49,002 nt of DNA from contig JBLHIK010000002.1 in assembly GCA_047614005.1 (NCBI GenBank), positions 1-49,002 on the forward strand, read 5' to 3'. Position 1 is the first letter of the stretch. Each line of letters starts with the position of its first letter. The DNA is from Flavobacteriaceae bacterium (GTDB lineage: Bacteria; Patescibacteriota; Minisyncoccia; Phycocordibacterales; UBA1006). Positions 18,482 through 25,923 of the stretch are shown here, piece after piece. The translations under genes were made by a program, and so were the position numbers. The notes beneath the pieces are model-generated. The model did no database searches and had not been told where the DNA came from. It was given only the letters and a program-made list of their open reading frames with translations.

Positions 18482-18644
18482 TGATTTTTTTGGAAGAATA
18501 AGGCTTTAAAATTTTATTTAAAATAATGTGTAGATTCTGTTTTAGTATATATTTATATAAAGTCAATATATTTTTCTTAAAAACGTTGCTATATAATGTA
18601 AACACGAGGTCGTTATTAAAAAACTAGTTTTTAAACACTCATTT

Positions 18645-18920
18645 ATGAATAAACAAGCAATTGTAGAAATGGTACACGGAATGCTCGGAGGTACGAAAGT
18701 ACAAGCAGAAGAAGTAGTAAACGGGATCTTTGGTGGTATTACTGACACTCTTAAAAAAGGAGACGAAGTAGCTATCGCAGGATTCGGAAAGTTTACTGCA
18801 AAAATGCGAGCAGCACGTGATGCTCGAAACCCTCGCACAGGAGAAACTGTAAAAGTTCCTGCTATGCGTGTTCCAAAGTTCTCTGCTGCAAAAGCGTTGA
18901 AAGACGCAGTACGCGGTTAA
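18645..18920 (+). CDS. hup: HU family DNA-binding protein
   Basis: GFGKFTAKMRAARDARNPRTGETVKVPA. Confidence 0.95.
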   Translation: MNKQAIVEMVHGMLGGTKVQAEEVVNGIFGGITDTLKKGDEVAIAGFGKFTAKMRAARDARNPRTGETVKVPAMRVPKFSAAKALKDAVRG

Positions 18921-18948
18921 TACTTACTTTAAATTATATTTAAAAAAC

Positions 18949-18979
18949 AAAAACGCCCTTAAGGGCGTTTTTGTTTTTT
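18949..18979 (+). terminator. rho-independent terminator of hup
   Basis: Stem AAACGCCC-TTAA-GGGCGTTT followed by a T-run. Confidence 0.85.
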
Positions 18980-18999
18980 AGGGTATATAAACCTTTTTG

Positions 19000-19072
19000 T
19001 CGGGACGCCGGGATTCGAACCCGGAGTCACTCCGACCCAAACGGAGCATGTTAGCCGTTACACCACGTCCCG
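19000..19072 (-). tRNA. tRNA-Pro (anticodon UGG)
   Basis: Manual cloverleaf: acceptor CGGGACG/CGTCCCG, anticodon stem CTCCG/CGGAG with loop TTTGGGT, T-arm CCGGG-TTCGAAT-CCCGG. No CCA is encoded. Confidence 0.9.
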
Positions 19073-19175
19073 ATAACAAATTTATATTAGCATATCCTCA
19101 AATCAAAACAAGATAGGCAGGACCCCTTCTTGAATTCAGTTGGTAATCATGTATAATCGTATTGATTTTAAACAT

Positions 19176-19246
19176 GCGGGTATAGTTTAGTGGTATGACA
19201 CGTCCTTGCCAAGGATGAGACGGGAGTTCGATTCTCCCTACCCGCA
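19176..19246 (+). tRNA. tRNA-Gly (anticodon GCC)
   Basis: Acceptor GCGGGTA/TACCCGC, anticodon loop TTGCCAA, T-arm GGGAG-TTCGATT-CTCCC. Confidence 0.9.
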
Positions 19247-19251
19247 CAATG

Positions 19252-19347
19252 ATAAAAACCCTATAAGTTTGATCCGTACCCCATAAAGTAGACATGAAAT
19301 AAAAACATGTCTACTTTATGAGGTACGGATCAGTTTAGGGTTTTTAT
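19252..19347. other. 96-nt extended hairpin (about 37 paired bp in three helices, 9-nt loop) abutting tRNA-Gly
   Basis: The arms ATAAAAACCCTA, GATCCGTACC and CATAAAGTAGACATG pair with their complements at 19306-19347. Confidence 0.8.
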
Positions 19348-19383
19348 TATATACAGGTGCAGGGAAATTTAGAGTAAATCGAA

Positions 19384-20226
19384 CTATTTTAATAATTCAG
19401 AATAATATTCTAACTCTTTATTAAAATCATCCTTACTTTCAATATCTAAAATAAAACCCTTTAAGTGCCTCAATAGTGAAATCGCAATGATACGTTCTCT
19501 ATCTAATTTGGTCATCGAAAGTTTTTCGAACTCTAATATAATTATATTCCAGTACCTGGGGTAGTCATGTACATATCGATAAAAATCATAATGTATATCT
19601 CTCCAGATCATATCTCCAAAGTCAATGAATATTGGTTTGTCTGATGAAACAAAAATATTCTCATCATGGGCATCATTGTGCAATAGTTGTGGCTTTGATG
19701 AATTTATAGAGTTTACATATTTCTCATAGGCTTTATGAACAAAAGATTTCTGTTCTTCATTTAGTCTATCTAGGTTATGTTCTAGCGGATTAAGCTTATT
19801 CTTCTCTGGTTGATACTCTGTAATGCCTAAACTCAAGACCTTATTTTTGTATAGTTGAGATAGTTCATAATGGAATTTTCCAATACTCTCAAATATCGAA
19901 ATTTTCTTCCTCTTAGATAGGCTCGAGAACATATGTTTCATAGACATCCCCTCAATGTATTCATATAAATAGTAATTATCAGAACGTAATATTAATTTTG
20001 GGATAAATGGAACTTCTACTTCATTCATAAAATGAAGAATTTCTGCTTCGATAGAGATGACATTTAATTCACACGTAGTATCTATCACCTTTTTAATCTT
20101 TAAACAGAAACTTTTATCTTTCGTTTCTAACTTATATACATCATTACATTGCCCTTTCCCTAAAAATGAGTATGAAGCAATCTTGGTATTTAGTTTATTT
20201 TCAATCTCCTGAATAAGTTCTTCCAT
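19384..20226 (-). CDS. aminoglycoside-phosphotransferase-fold (APH/choline kinase family) kinase
   Basis: Catalytic loop LLHNDAHDENIFV and IDFGD. The gene is very AT-rich. Confidence 0.8.
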   Translation of the reverse strand: MEELIQEIENKLNTKIASYSFLGKGQCNDVYKLETKDKSFCLKIKKVIDTTCELNVISIEAEILHFMNEVEVPFIPKLILRSDNYYLYEYIEGMSMKHMFSSLSKRKKISIFESIGKFHYELSQLYKNKVLSLGITEYQPEKNKLNPLEHNLDRLNEEQKSFVHKAYEKYVNSINSSKPQLLHNDAHDENIFVSSDKPIFIDFGDMIWRDIHYDFYRYVHDYPRYWNIIILEFEKLSMTKLDRERIIAISLLRHLKGFILDIESKDDFNKELEYYSELLK

Positions 20227-20363
20227 ATATTAATTATATACTACTTTTTAATATACTTATTAGAACAAAATCTTATATTTTATTCAAAGATCAAAACTCT
20301 TTTTTTGAAGCTAGGAACTAATACTGTATTATTTATCAGAGTTTACTATTTAAGATTACAAAT

Positions 20364-20397
20364 CAGAGCTAAGCTGTTTTTCTTTCACGTGAAACAC
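20364..20397 (-). repeat. 34-bp repeat element, copy A (perfect)
   Basis: Reverse complement of GTGTTTCACGTGAAAGAAAAACAGCTTAGCTCTG. It ends 2 nt from the yraN-like stop. Confidence 0.95.
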
Positions 20398-20399
20398 TT

Positions 20400-20870
20400 T
20401 TAGTCTTTTTCATTGAAGATATCCTTCATCTTAACAAATGCTCTGTTGTGTATTTTGTCATAAAAGATGGAAATGATCTTCATTTCCATATCTGTTTCTT
20501 TTGATAGATAATTTTCAAGGAAATACACCTGTACTGTTCTAATAATAGAATCTATTTTTCGCTGAGTGAGGTTTTCCTCTGGATTATAGCTTTTTTTGAG
20601 ATCTTCCTTGAGGATATTGATGGAAATACTATTTTCTTTCTTAAAATCACCTGTTTCACGTGAAAATTTAGGTGTATTTGTTTCAAAATTGATTGTTTTT
20701 ACTTCGCAAAAATACAAAATACCTTCTTTCTCGGCAACAATATCTATTTCACCACATTTTTTAGTATAATTTCTATCAACAATAGAAAAACCTCGTTTCA
20801 CAAGAAACCTTTCTGCTATTTTCTCACCTATTTCCCCTACTTTTTGTGTTTTTGATGTAAATACCTTCAT
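20400..20870 (-). CDS. YraN family (UPF0102) PD-(D/E)xK endonuclease-like protein
   Basis: GEIGEKIAERFLVKRGFSIVDRNYTKKCGEIDIVAEKEGILYFCEVKT matches the YraN core. An insertion of about 35 aa follows it. Confidence 0.75.
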   Translation of the reverse strand: MKVFTSKTQKVGEIGEKIAERFLVKRGFSIVDRNYTKKCGEIDIVAEKEGILYFCEVKTINFETNTPKFSRETGDFKKENSISINILKEDLKKSYNPEENLTQRKIDSIIRTVQVYFLENYLSKETDMEMKIISIFYDKIHNRAFVKMKDIFNEKD

Positions 20871-20879
20871 AATCTATAA

Positions 20880-20896
20880 TTTCTTTCACGTGAAAC
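20880..20896 (-). repeat. repeat element, copy B (palindromic core only)
   Basis: TTTCTTTCACGTGAAAC lies between the RAYT stop and the yraN-like start. Confidence 0.7.
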
Positions 20897-20903
20897 CCTT
20901 ATA

Positions 20904-21491
20904 TTAATCAATAAGCATTTTATCAAAATATTCCCTTTCTACTCGCTTTTCTCTGATTTCTTTTGCTGTAGTAAGTATTTCTTGAAGAAAATCTTCTTTT
21001 GGTATTATGTGATATGTCTTATCCCTGTCACAGATACCTTGTTGATATTCTGTAGAATATTCCTCAAGTGCTGAGCGATATGTATCGTCTTCTGAAATAC
21101 CATGAACTACATGATTAAGTGTTACATATGAAACAAGATATGAAAAATATGTATCTTTGTCTATATATTTAGATTTATATGGCCCCTCGAAGAGTGAGCC
21201 TTTTCGATCGTACTTTTTGTTAAAATAATTAGTATATGATGTACCTAGTTTATGCATAAAACCTTCCACTCCTTTTTCAATAAGAGGAGATAATATGAGA
21301 TGAAAATGATTAAGTAAAAGGCAAAATGAAATAATAGAGACTAATTTTTCATTGTTGGCGCCCTTGTTTAGTTGTTTAAGGGATGAAAGAAATCGATCAA
21401 AATCTTTTGTATCTACAAAAACGATTCTTTTGTCTACTCCGCGATTATAAATGTGATAGCATTCATCTATTTCGTACGTAATGTTTCTCAT
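20904..21491 (-). CDS. IS200-like Y1 (HUH) transposase of the REP-associated tyrosine transposase (RAYT, COG1943) type
   Basis: YHIYNRG, the HUH motif LLNHFHLIL, GSLFEGPYKSKYI, and the catalytic Tyr helix YLVSYVTLNHVVHG. Confidence 0.8.
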   Translation of the reverse strand: MRNITYEIDECYHIYNRGVDKRIVFVDTKDFDRFLSSLKQLNKGANNEKLVSIISFCLLLNHFHLILSPLIEKGVEGFMHKLGTSYTNYFNKKYDRKGSLFEGPYKSKYIDKDTYFSYLVSYVTLNHVVHGISEDDTYRSALEEYSTEYQQGICDRDKTYHIIPKEDFLQEILTTAKEIREKRVEREYFDKMLID

Positions 21492-21506
21492 GAAACAATT
21501 ATAGCA

Positions 21507-21540
21507 CAGAGCTAAGCTGTTTTTCTTTCACGTGAAACAC
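21507..21540 (-). repeat. 34-bp repeat element, copy C (perfect)
   Basis: Identical to copy A, 16 nt upstream of the RAYT ATG. Confidence 0.95.
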
Positions 21541-21756
21541 AAAATGGGGAAAACCATGTGTAAAAGACATAATTATGGGGATAAGTGTCCTTTATGAATG
21601 TCTTTTATAAATGTCCTTTATAAACATATTCCACAGGTTTATGCACAGTTATGTCTTTTATAGTACACAGGTTAAATACTAGCAGCTTAAAAATTGAAAT
21701 ATTTTTTGGTATGTAAGTCTTGTTTTCCAAAGCTTGTAGTGAAAGATATCAGAATA

Positions 21757-21788
21757 TTAAAAATACCACAATAATGTGGTATTTTTAA
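21757..21788. terminator. hairpin downstream of tRNA-Arg
   Basis: Stem AAAAATACCACA-ATAA-TGTGGTATTTTT (12 bp). Confidence 0.65.
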
Positions 21789-21798
21789 TATAGTTATG

Positions 21799-21870
21799 TG
21801 CACCTGCCAGGACTCGAACCTGGAACGACGGTTCCGAAGACCGTTGTGATATCCATTTCACCACAAGTGC
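21799..21870 (-). tRNA. tRNA-Arg (anticodon UCG)
   Basis: Acceptor GCACTTG/CAGGTGC, anticodon stem ACGGT/ACCGT with loop CTTCGGA, T-arm CCAGG-TTCGAGT-CCTGG. Confidence 0.9.
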
Positions 21871-21991
21871 ATGGCTGCAGTATATAGGTATTGAATAATA
21901 AAAACAAGTATTTATCAATATAATAATCAGGCTATTTATCTTGATGTATTGCAAAAATAATAAAAATAACATATACTCTTTCTGTTCCATT

Positions 21992-22062
21992 GCGGGTGTA
22001 GTTTAGTGGTAGAATACCTGCCTTCCAAGCAGGGGACGGGAGTTCGATTCTCCCCACCCGCA
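21992..22062 (+). tRNA. tRNA-Gly (anticodon UCC)
   Basis: Acceptor GCGGGTG/CACCCGC, anticodon stem CCTGC/GCAGG with loop CTTCCAA, T-arm GGGAG-TTCGATT-CTCCC. Confidence 0.9.
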
Positions 22063-22127
22063 CTAATATATTTGACGTATACTAAAATAGAGAAAAAGTA
22101 ATATCATTACTCTTCTTTTTATATCAT

Positions 22128-23633
22128 ATGAATTCTAAAGCAATACTTAAGCTTATACCCAAAAACGTATATAAAACCCTTTCTATACTAGAAGAGAGAG
22201 GTTTTGAGGCGTATCTTGTGGGTGGATGTGTTCGAGATTTAATACTCCAAAGAGCTCCAAATGATTGGGATATTACTACAAATGCGAACCCAGAAGAAAT
22301 ACAAAGTTGTTTTGAAAAAACAGTCTATGAAAACAATTTTGGAACAGTTGCTGTTGTTTATGAAGATGAAGAAGATATATCATGTCGTGTTATTGAAATT
22401 ACTCCATATCGAATTGATGGTATATATACTGACGGACGTAGGCCAGACAGTGTTTCTTTTGGAAAAAGCCTTGAAGAAGATCTTGCAAGAAGAGATTTTA
22501 GGATAAATGCTATTGCGCTTGATGTTAAAGGAATATTGCACGATCCGTTTAATGGACAAGAGGATATAAAAAATAGACTTATTCAAACGGTTGGAAATCC
22601 AAAAGACAGGTTTAATGAAGATGTTTTGAGGGTTTTTAGAGCTGTTCGTTTTTCTGCTCAATTAGGATTTTTAGTTTCATATGAAACTAAGGAAGCAATA
22701 ACAGACCTTGTTTTACATAAGAATTTGACTGTTTCACATGAAATCTCTTTGAGAAACGTATCTCCTGAGCGTATTCGCGACGAATTCTTAAAATTAATAG
22801 ACGCTCCCTTTGCAAAAGAAGCTCTTATTTTTTCACGTGAAACAGGTATTCTAGATGAAATAATACCTGAATTTAAAGATAGTTTTGAATGTGAGCAAAA
22901 TGGTGATCATATTTATGATGTTTGGAATCATTTGATAAATTCACTTGAGCATGCGACAAAGAAAGAGTACCCTCTTTTTATTAAAATATCAGCACTATTT
23001 CATGACATAGGAAAGCCAGCGACACGCAGATATGATTCATCTAAAAAAGACTATACTTTTTACGGACATGAGGTTGTAGGAGCTCAGATGACAAAGAAAA
23101 TACTTACTCGACTTAAATTTCCAAGAGAAATAAGTGAAAAGATCGTCAAGCTTGTACGTTGGCATATGTTTTTTTCTGACACAGATCAAATTAGCATATC
23201 AGCAGTAAGAAGGATGATAAATAATGTTGGTCACGATCTTATTTGGAGCCTGATGGATGTTCGTATTTGTGATCGCATAGGAATGGGGCGCCCTAAAGAA
23301 GATCCATATAGGCTCAGAAAATACCACGCAATGATAGAGCAAGCTCTGCGTGACCCCATTTCAGTAAAACAATTAGCAATAAATGGAGATATTATGATCG
23401 CAGAGCTCGGCATGAAGCCAGGAAAAAGAATGGGGTGGATTTTGCAATCCTTATTAGAAGAAGTACTAGAAGATCCAGAAAAAAACACAAGAAAATATCT
23501 CGAAGAATATATACAAGAACTCGCCACTCTTTCTGACGAGGAATTAAAGAAAAAAGCAGAAAAAGGAAAAGAAAAACAACAAGAAGCTGAGAAAGATGAG
23601 TTAAAAAAGATACGAAGAAAACACAAAGTATAA
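22128..23633 (+). CDS. cca: CCA-adding enzyme / tRNA nucleotidyltransferase with HD domain
   Basis: GGCVRDLIL, DWDITT, RDFRINA, the HD motif LFHDIGKP, and a K/E-rich C-terminal tail. Confidence 0.9.
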   Translation: MNSKAILKLIPKNVYKTLSILEERGFEAYLVGGCVRDLILQRAPNDWDITTNANPEEIQSCFEKTVYENNFGTVAVVYEDEEDISCRVIEITPYRIDGIYTDGRRPDSVSFGKSLEEDLARRDFRINAIALDVKGILHDPFNGQEDIKNRLIQTVGNPKDRFNEDVLRVFRAVRFSAQLGFLVSYETKEAITDLVLHKNLTVSHEISLRNVSPERIRDEFLKLIDAPFAKEALIFSRETGILDEIIPEFKDSFECEQNGDHIYDVWNHLINSLEHATKKEYPLFIKISALFHDIGKPATRRYDSSKKDYTFYGHEVVGAQMTKKILTRLKFPREISEKIVKLVRWHMFFSDTDQISISAVRRMINNVGHDLIWSLMDVRICDRIGMGRPKEDPYRLRKYHAMIEQALRDPISVKQLAINGDIMIAELGMKPGKRMGWILQSLLEEVLEDPEKNTRKYLEEYIQELATLSDEELKKKAEKGKEKQQEAEKDELKKIRRKHKV

Positions 23634-23636
23634 AAA

Positions 23637-23670
23637 GTGTTTCACGTGAAAGAAAAACAGCTTAGCTCTG
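23637..23670 (+). repeat. 34-bp repeat element, copy D (perfect)
   Basis: It starts 4 nt after the cca stop. Its 3' end encodes the last two codons and the stop of xth on the other strand. Confidence 0.95.
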
Positions 23671-24438
23671 GTCTAATTCAATGAGTAGTGGGCAATGATC
23701 AGAGCCTTCTTGAAGCGTTTCATGTGAAATGCTTTTAATGCAGGGAAGAAAGGCTGGACTCATAAAGAAATAATCAATTCTCCATCCCACATTTCTTTCA
23801 CGTGCTCGTGTTTTCACGTCCCAATAGGTATAAGAGTCTATTTTGTTGGGATATAAATGTCGAAATACATCAGTCCATCCATGATGCACAATCTCATCTA
23901 TCCAAGCTCTTTCTTCTGGTAAAAAACCTGTATTTTTTTCATTTTCTTTTGGTCGAGCAATATCTATTTCAGTATGTGCTGTATTTATATCTCCACAAAA
24001 GATTATTTTTGGATATTTTTTCTTTAATTCTTCAATGTATTCTAAAAATAAATCATAAAAGGCAAGTTTGTATGAAAGGCGATCTGGGCCACCACCTCCG
24101 TTTGGAAAATAGCAGGTAATTAAGATAAAGTCTTTGAAGTAAGCAGTAAGCATTCGTCCTTGAGTGTCAAAATCAGGATTATCTGGAAAACCACCTTTTA
24201 CCTCGAGTGGTTCTTCTTTTGAATATATGGCTACTCCGCTATAGCCTTTACGTTCTTGAGATGACCAAAAGTAACTGAAATAACCCTCAGGAGAAACAAC
24301 TTCTTCAGAAAGTTGTTCTTTTTCAGCTTTTATTTCCTGAAAACAAATTATATCAGCATTGTATGAAAATATTTCCTTTAAATTACCCTTTCTTTCAATA
24401 GCGCGCAGGCCGTTTACATTCCAGTTGAGAATTTTCAT
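23662..24438 (-). CDS. xth: exodeoxyribonuclease III
   Basis: LNWNVNGLRA, CFQE, and SDHCPL near the C-terminus. Confidence 0.9.
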   Translation of the reverse strand: MKILNWNVNGLRAIERKGNLKEIFSYNADIICFQEIKAEKEQLSEEVVSPEGYFSYFWSSQERKGYSGVAIYSKEEPLEVKGGFPDNPDFDTQGRMLTAYFKDFILITCYFPNGGGGPDRLSYKLAFYDLFLEYIEELKKKYPKIIFCGDINTAHTEIDIARPKENEKNTGFLPEERAWIDEIVHHGWTDVFRHLYPNKIDSYTYWDVKTRARERNVGWRIDYFFMSPAFLPCIKSISHETLQEGSDHCPLLIELDQS

Positions 24439-24456
24439 ATAGTCTTAAGTATAACA

Positions 24457-24470
24457 ATTTCACGTGAAAC
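24457..24470 (+). repeat. repeat element, copy E (core only: ATTTCACGTGAAAC)
   Basis: Lies 19-32 nt upstream of the xth ATG. Confidence 0.6.
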
Positions 24471-24490
24471 ATACAAATAAACTTGAAAAA

Positions 24491-24524
24491 GTGTTTCACG
24501 TGAAAGAAAAACAGCTTAGCTCTG
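24491..24524 (+). repeat. 34-bp repeat element, copy F (perfect)
   Basis: Identical 34-mer. It overlaps the last codons and stop of the methyltransferase at 24516. Confidence 0.95.
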
Positions 24525-25169
24525 GACTTTCTGAAGAAGATAGAGGCTATAAGTTGCGGGAGTTCCAGCACAAGGTATTGCAAGGGAATCTTCTTTTGCA
24601 ATTTTAAAATCAGGAAATAGTTTTAAAATGTCTTCTTTTGAAAAAAAATTATAAGGAATATCAAAGAAATTTATAGTTTTATTTTCTTGCTCTTTTGGAT
24701 ATTTTCCTTTCCACTCCTTTGTTTCATCTGAAAGTGTAATTAATAGAAAAAAGCCATTATTTTTAACTACCCGTGTTACTTCTCGTGAATATTGCGTATG
24801 ATCTTGTCTTGGAAGATGTTGCAAGAGACCAATATCTGTAGCAATATCAAAGCTGGTATCTACAAAAGGTATATCAAGAGCATCTCCTACTAAAAAACGT
24901 GCTCGTTCTGAAATATCACGCTCTTTAAGCTCTTCATTTGCTTTTTTTACTATTTCTTCAATATAATCAATGCCAATAACACGGAATTTTTGTCTCGCAA
25001 GAGATACAAGCCATGTTCCTCTACCTGATCCAATATCAAGGACAAGGCTCTCTTCAGGGAAAGAAGATAGAAAGGAAAGAGCTTTTTTCTCATAAGGAAG
25101 ATGTGTCCATGTATCAGAACCACTCATATATGCTGCTTTCCAGAAAGATTGTAGGTTTTGTTCTTTCAT
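24516..25169 (-). CDS. class I SAM-dependent methyltransferase
   Basis: Motif I VLDIGSGRGTW, then IGIDY, then GFFLLITL. Confidence 0.85.
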   Translation of the reverse strand: MKEQNLQSFWKAAYMSGSDTWTHLPYEKKALSFLSSFPEESLVLDIGSGRGTWLVSLARQKFRVIGIDYIEEIVKKANEELKERDISERARFLVGDALDIPFVDTSFDIATDIGLLQHLPRQDHTQYSREVTRVVKNNGFFLLITLSDETKEWKGKYPKEQENKTINFFDIPYNFFSKEDILKLFPDFKIAKEDSLAIPCAGTPATYSLYLLQKVQS

Positions 25170-25251
25170 TTATATTAATTATAGCAGGAGCATATCAAAA
25201 AACCTATATTATTTGACAGGAAATATAAAAAACACATTTCATAGAAAAAAC

Positions 25252-25282
25252 GTTTCACGTGAAAGAAAAACAGCTTAGCTCT
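25252..25282 (+). repeat. repeat element, copy G (31 nt, near-perfect)
   Basis: GTTTCACGTGAAAGAAAAACAGCTTAGCTCT, 83-113 nt upstream of the methyltransferase ATG. Confidence 0.9.
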
Positions 25283-25313
25283 AAAAAACACCCTATTAAA
25301 AGGGTGTTTTTTT
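25283..25313. terminator. bidirectional terminator downstream of ppa
   Basis: Stem ACACCCT-ATTAAA-AGGGTGT flanked by an A-run and a T-run. Confidence 0.8.
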
Positions 25314-25357
25314 AAAATCAGTTTTTTGGACTATATAAATGTCTTGTCGAGAGAGTT

Positions 25358-25900
25358 TTACTTTTGTCCAAATTGGTCTTCGTAGAGTTTAATAGATTTT
25401 TCTACTGCTTCAAGAGCTTCTTTTTTGCCACTAATTCCAGGGATAGAGACAATGTCTTTCTCACCCTTTTTTAATTCTTTGTATGTTTCAAAGAAATGCT
25501 TGTATTCTTTAAGATTATGAGTGTTTATATCCTCAAGATCCTGTACATCGTCCCATCTCTTGTCTTCTGCCACAACAGCAATGATCTTGTAGTCTGATTC
25601 ACCACCGTCAATCATCTCCATAACTGCCACAGGGCGAACTCGAACCAAGATACCTGTTGAAAGAGGAAAGGTCGAAAGAACCATTACATCGAGAGCATCT
25701 CCGTCATCCCACAGTGTTTGTGGCACAAAACCATAATCAAAAGGATATGGCGCAGAAGAGTAGTTTGCTCTATCAAGAGCTATGAGTCCCGTTTCCTTGT
25801 CTATCTCATATTTATTAGGAGAACCTGCTGGTATTTCAATAATAACATTAAGTTCGTGAGGTATATTGTCTCCACGAGAGACATCGTGCCATAAATTCAT
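25358..25900 (-). CDS. ppa: inorganic pyrophosphatase (family I)
   Basis: EIPAGSPNKYEIDKE, YGFVPQT and DGDALDVMVL. Confidence 0.95.
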   Translation of the reverse strand: MNLWHDVSRGDNIPHELNVIIEIPAGSPNKYEIDKETGLIALDRANYSSAPYPFDYGFVPQTLWDDGDALDVMVLSTFPLSTGILVRVRPVAVMEMIDGGESDYKIIAVVAEDKRWDDVQDLEDINTHNLKEYKHFFETYKELKKGEKDIVSIPGISGKKEALEAVEKSIKLYEDQFGQK

Positions 25901-25923
25901 AGTAATATAGTGCTAATTAGTAA

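Noticed and set aside
19098-19295. 65-aa ORF on the minus strand
   Set aside because: It overlaps tRNA-Gly(GCC) and one arm of the long hairpin. It is an artefact of structured RNA/DNA sequence.
21560-21700. Replication origin (DnaA-box-like strings such as TTCCACAGG, TATGCACAG, GTACACAGG in an AT-rich spacer)
   Set aside because: None matches the TTATCCACA consensus well, there is no dnaA or dnaN in the window, and GC skew cannot be computed by eye. The claim cannot be supported.
21757-21990. 77-aa ORF on the minus strand
   Set aside because: It runs through tRNA-Arg(UCG) and its terminator hairpin. The sequence is low-complexity and not credible as coding.
20364-25282. Could the 34-bp repeats be a CRISPR array?
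   Set aside because: The copies are separated by whole genes at irregular spacings of 0.5-2 kb and occur in both orientations. There are no cas genes. This is not a CRISPR architecture.
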